Positions 61,270 through 64,000 of a stretch of DNA of 64,000 bases are shown piece by piece. This DNA comes from Solirubrobacterales bacterium (GTDB lineage: Bacteria; Actinomycetota; Thermoleophilia; Solirubrobacterales; 70-9), in the NCBI GenBank assembly GCA_035764245.1, contig DASTZP010000004.1, positions 54,171 through 118,170 of the forward strand, read 5' to 3'. The number at the start of each line of letters is the position of its first letter. Positions within the stretch are counted from its first letter, which is position 1. The notes below the pieces were generated by a model, which saw nothing but the letters and a program-made list of their open reading frames with translations, made no database searches and was not told the origin of the DNA. The translations under genes and the position numbers were made by a program.

Positions 61270-63128
61270 GGCGGCTGCGGCTCACCGGCATCGCCGGCTT
61301 CCTCTCAGCCCTGGCGATCGTCACCCTGGGCGGCAGCGCGATCGCCTACTTCACCGCCGACGGCACAGGCAACGCCGCGGCGGCGGTCTCGAAACTGAAT
61401 GCGCCGACGATCTCCGCGGCGACCCCGGCCGTCGGAGGCAAAGTCACCCTCACCTGGGGCGCGGTCGTTCCCCCCGGCGAAGGGACGGTGAATTTCTTCG
61501 TCACCCGCGACGGCGGCCAGCCGGCGGGCACCTGCCCGACCGAAGCGGCGCCCACCACCGTGAAAACCTGCGTCGACGAAACGGTCCCGGTCGGCGAACA
61601 CACCTACGAAGTCACCGCGGTCTGGCGCTCCTGGGAGGCGGCCAGCGTCAAAACGGCGACGGTGGCGATCGGCGCCGTGACGTCGTTCTCGATCTCCGTT
61701 ACTGCGACCAGCATCGTCGCCGGCGGCTCCAGCAACCTCTCGATCACCGCCAAGGACGAAAAAGGCAGCACCGTCACCAGCTACACCGGCTCCCACTCGC
61801 TCGTCTTCTCCGGCGCCAACGCCTCCCCCGGCGGCACCAAACCGACGGTCTCCAACAGCTCCGGGACCGCGACCAACTTCGGCACCGCCACCGCGATTAG
61901 CTTCACTAGCGGCGTCTCCACCGTCAACACGACCAATAGGAACGGCGTCCTCAGGCTCTACCAGGCCGGGACCGCCAACATCGTCGCGACCGAGGGCGCG
62001 GTCACGACCCCGAGCCCGGTGGCGATCGCCGTCAGCCCCACCACCGCCTCCAAATTCGTCCTCGCGGCCGCCACGGCGACGCCCGCCGCGGGCGCCCTCG
62101 ACGAGCTGACCACGACCGCGCAGGACACCTACGGCAACACCGCGACCTCCTACACCGGCGCCCACAGCCTCGTCTTCTCCGGCGCCAGCGCCAGCCCGGG
62201 CGGCAACGCCCCGACCGTGAGCGACTCCAGCGGCGCCGACGTCGCCTTCGGCGCCGCCACCACGCTCGAGTTCACCGCCGGCGTCGCCAAAGCCAGCGAA
62301 GCCGACGGCGGCGGGATGAAGCTCTACAAAAGCGGCTCCACCAGCGTCAAAGCAACCGAGGGAGTGACCACCACGCCGACCGCCGTCACCGTCACCGTCG
62401 CCCCCGGAACGGCGACGAAGCTCGTCCTCACCGCCGCGACGGCGACCCCGGTCGCGGCGACGGGCTTCAATCTGACCACCGCCGCCCAGGACGCCTACAG
62501 CAACACCGCGACGGCATACACCGGCTCGAAGAGCATCACCTTCGCCGGGGCCACCGCCAGCCCCAGCGGCGCCCAGCCGACGGTGGTCAGCAGCGCCAAT
62601 GTCGCCGTCAACTTCGGCACCCCAACCGCGCTCAACTTCACCAGCGGGGTCGCCACCCCGGCCTCCTCCAAAAATGGCTTCACCAAACTGAATAAGGTCG
62701 AGGCCGCCAGCCTCACCGCGACCGACGGCACGATCTCGACGCCGGCGGCGCTGCCGCTCACGGTCTCCACCGGCGCCGCAGCCCGAGTCGCCCTCACCGG
62801 CCTCACCGCCAGCCCCGGCAGCGTCGGCTCCCCCTGCCTCTTCACCTGCACGATCACCGCGCTTACCAACGCAGGCACGGTTAAAGCCAAAGTCGCGATC
62901 ACCGACTCCGTAGGCAACGTCGTCTCCAACCTCGCCGCGAAAACGGTCACCGTCACCGCCACCTCCGGCAGCACCGTCACCGGCTCCCCCCTCACCACCC
63001 CGGAATCCGGCCCAGCCATCACCGCCGCCGAATTCACCTACAAACCCCCGGCCAGCGGCAATTTCACCCACACGATCACCGCCGCCTCGACGGGCTACAC
63101 GAGCGCTACGGCGACGGCCAGCAAATAA
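61266..63128 (+). CDS. 620-aa surface protein with SipW-type signal motif and tandem Ig-like repeats
   Basis: LSALAIVTLGGSAIAYFTADGTG. An FN3/Ig-like N-domain is followed by three ~122-aa repeats and one divergent repeat. 4-nt overlap with the upstream gene. Confidence 0.75.
   Translation: MRRLRLTGIAGFLSALAIVTLGGSAIAYFTADGTGNAAAAVSKLNAPTISAATPAVGGKVTLTWGAVVPPGEGTVNFFVTRDGGQPAGTCPTEAAPTTVKTCVDETVPVGEHTYEVTAVWRSWEAASVKTATVAIGAVTSFSISVTATSIVAGGSSNLSITAKDEKGSTVTSYTGSHSLVFSGANASPGGTKPTVSNSSGTATNFGTATAISFTSGVSTVNTTNRNGVLRLYQAGTANIVATEGAVTTPSPVAIAVSPTTASKFVLAAATATPAAGALDELTTTAQDTYGNTATSYTGAHSLVFSGASASPGGNAPTVSDSSGADVAFGAATTLEFTAGVAKASEADGGGMKLYKSGSTSVKATEGVTTTPTAVTVTVAPGTATKLVLTAATATPVAATGFNLTTAAQDAYSNTATAYTGSKSITFAGATASPSGAQPTVVSSANVAVNFGTPTALNFTSGVATPASSKNGFTKLNKVEAASLTATDGTISTPAALPLTVSTGAAARVALTGLTASPGSVGSPCLFTCTITALTNAGTVKAKVAITDSVGNVVSNLAAKTVTVTATSGSTVTGSPLTTPESGPAITAAEFTYKPPASGNFTHTITAASTGYTSATATASK
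61674..62771 (+). repeat. three tandem ~366-bp (122-123 aa) coding repeats
   Basis: The SYTG/AYTG anchors fall at residues 172, 295 and 417. Each unit has the form ..A(K/Q)D..G(N/S)T.TSYTG.HSLVFSGA.ASPGG..PTVS.SSG....FG.AT...FT.GV. Confidence 0.7.
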
Positions 63129-63191
63129 CGAGGACTGCAAACCGAACTGTTCTTGCTCCCGGATCCTTTTCCTCTAGGATTCTTGTGCATT

Positions 63192-64000
63192 ATGCACCCG
63201 GTCCGCTTCGTCTTCAGTCCCCCTCAGAAATCGACCGGACGACTGATCATTCCGATCGCCGAAGCCGCCTCTTCGACCGAATGCCTGGTCGACGATCACG
63301 GACAGCCGGTATGGCCGATCGCCAGCTCTGAGCACTACAAGACCCTCGAGAGGCTGGCCGAGATCTTCGGCGGAGAGCTCTCAGAAGCAGGGGATGCGAA
63401 ACCAGGCACTCACCCCAGCCCAAGAGACGAGCTCGTGCTGGGCGTGGAGGAGCTCGCACCCGAGCTGCAGCTATACGCACATCTGACCGGCCGAAGCTTC
63501 CGGTCCGTCCCAGATCAAGAGGAGATCGGCGATTACGCCTCACCGGCAGTCGTGCTGAGTTGCAGTGACCCTCTTGACGCAGGGCTGATTGAACTACTGC
63601 ACCTGTCGTTTGAACCGACCCAGCCCGTGGGGATCATCTGGGGGCGGACCCAGGAGGAGCTCCATCTACAGCTTCTGATCAAATCCGCCGCCGCCGTCCT
63701 CGACGGCCCCAACCAGCTGGAGCACGTCACCTTTCCGGATCCAGCTCACGGCGTGATCGACAGCGCCTCCGTCCAGCACCTTTGCCGGGACGGGGTAGGC
63801 GTCTTGACCATCAAGGCGCACAGCGATGGCATCGCGCAGCCACTGGGGGGCGAGGCGACCCTTTGCCCCCGGATGAGCGAACACACCGCTGATCTCGACG
63901 CCGAGAAGGGCCCACTGTGCGTCTCAACGGGCCACTGCCAACGTTTGAAGGTGCCGGTCGAGACCGCCGCCGATCTCGCGAGGCTCGTGCCGCCGGAGAT
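63192..64000 (+). CDS. hypothetical protein (3' end runs off the window)
   Basis: Absent from the track because it has no stop. My translation from the ATG at 63192 reads MHPVRFVFSPPQKSTGRLIIPIAEAASSTECLVDDHGQPVWPIASSEHYKTLERLAEIFGGEL...GVLTIKAHSDGIAQPLGGEATLCPRMSEH...CVSTGHCQRLKVPVE. It stays open for 269 codons. GC is lower than the backbone. Confidence 0.5.
   Translation, partial: MHPVRFVFSPPQKSTGRLIIPIAEAASSTECLVDDHGQPVWPIASSEHYKTLERLAEIFGGELSEAGDAKPGTHPSPRDELVLGVEELAPELQLYAHLTGRSFRSVPDQEEIGDYASPAVVLSCSDPLDAGLIELLHLSFEPTQPVGIIWGRTQEELHLQLLIKSAAAVLDGPNQLEHVTFPDPAHGVIDSASVQHLCRDGVGVLTIKAHSDGIAQPLGGEATLCPRMSEHTADLDAEKGPLCVSTGHCQRLKVPVETAADLARLVPPE

Noticed and set aside
63700-63900. A clan-CD (caspase/CHAT-like) His...Cys dyad in the partial ORF at the window end.
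   Set aside because: - The His-to-Cys spacing (~17 aa) and the weakly hydrophobic strand before the Cys do not fit the family.
- There is no supporting motif. It is kept only as an untested thought.

Overview
This is a 64-kb chromosomal segment with GC of about 70% (judged by eye, not computed), from an Actinomycetota-type genome. It may be Thermoleophilia/Solirubrobacterales-like, but that is low confidence and rests only on protein flavour. I can support about 63 protein-coding genes and one tRNA-His(GUG). I found no rRNA and no CRISPR array. Many long ORFs in the supplied track are Arg/Pro/Gly-rich shadow frames of real genes on the other strand or in another frame. Several real genes start internally in their track ORFs, and I derived those starts by codon arithmetic.

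Backbone content:
- An ArsR-MFS-glyoxalase-like unit and a GGDEF/HD-GYP signalling protein.
- pdxH.
- M23 and S8 peptidases, and an RTX-like Ca-binding protein.
- A Fic protein.
- A copper module: a CsoR operator with csoR on one side and a secreted His-rich protein plus a CopA-type ATPase on the other.
- A class III nucleotide cyclase and an EF-G paralogue.
- P450, acyl-CoA ligase, Zn-ADH, BVMO/SDR/TetR and LLM oxidoreductase genes.
- A KdpD-like/KdpE-like pair directly upstream of kup.
- NlpC/P60 and a peptide-type ABC substrate-binding protein.

Accessory content sits in stretches of visibly lower GC:
- 26.7-29.5 kb: an XRE regulator plus a 740-aa beta-helix surface protein.
- 31.46-32.3 kb and 37.54-38.9 kb: paralogous six-cysteine secreted proteins.
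- 46.2-49.5 kb: the tRNA-His islet.
- 56.1-56.7 kb: a Lys/Ser-rich protein.
- 59.9-64.0 kb: a locus of surface proteins with SipW-type signal peptides.

The best candidate for an undescribed system is the roughly 3.2-kb islet at tRNA-His. It has no integrase and is bounded by a 49-nt direct repeat of the tRNA 3' half. It carries an ApeA-like HEPN protein (R-x4-H motif), an uncharacterised 347-aa partner, and a DUF433-like gene with what looks like a decayed PIN-like toxin remnant.

All homology calls come from motif recognition by eye. No database search was run.
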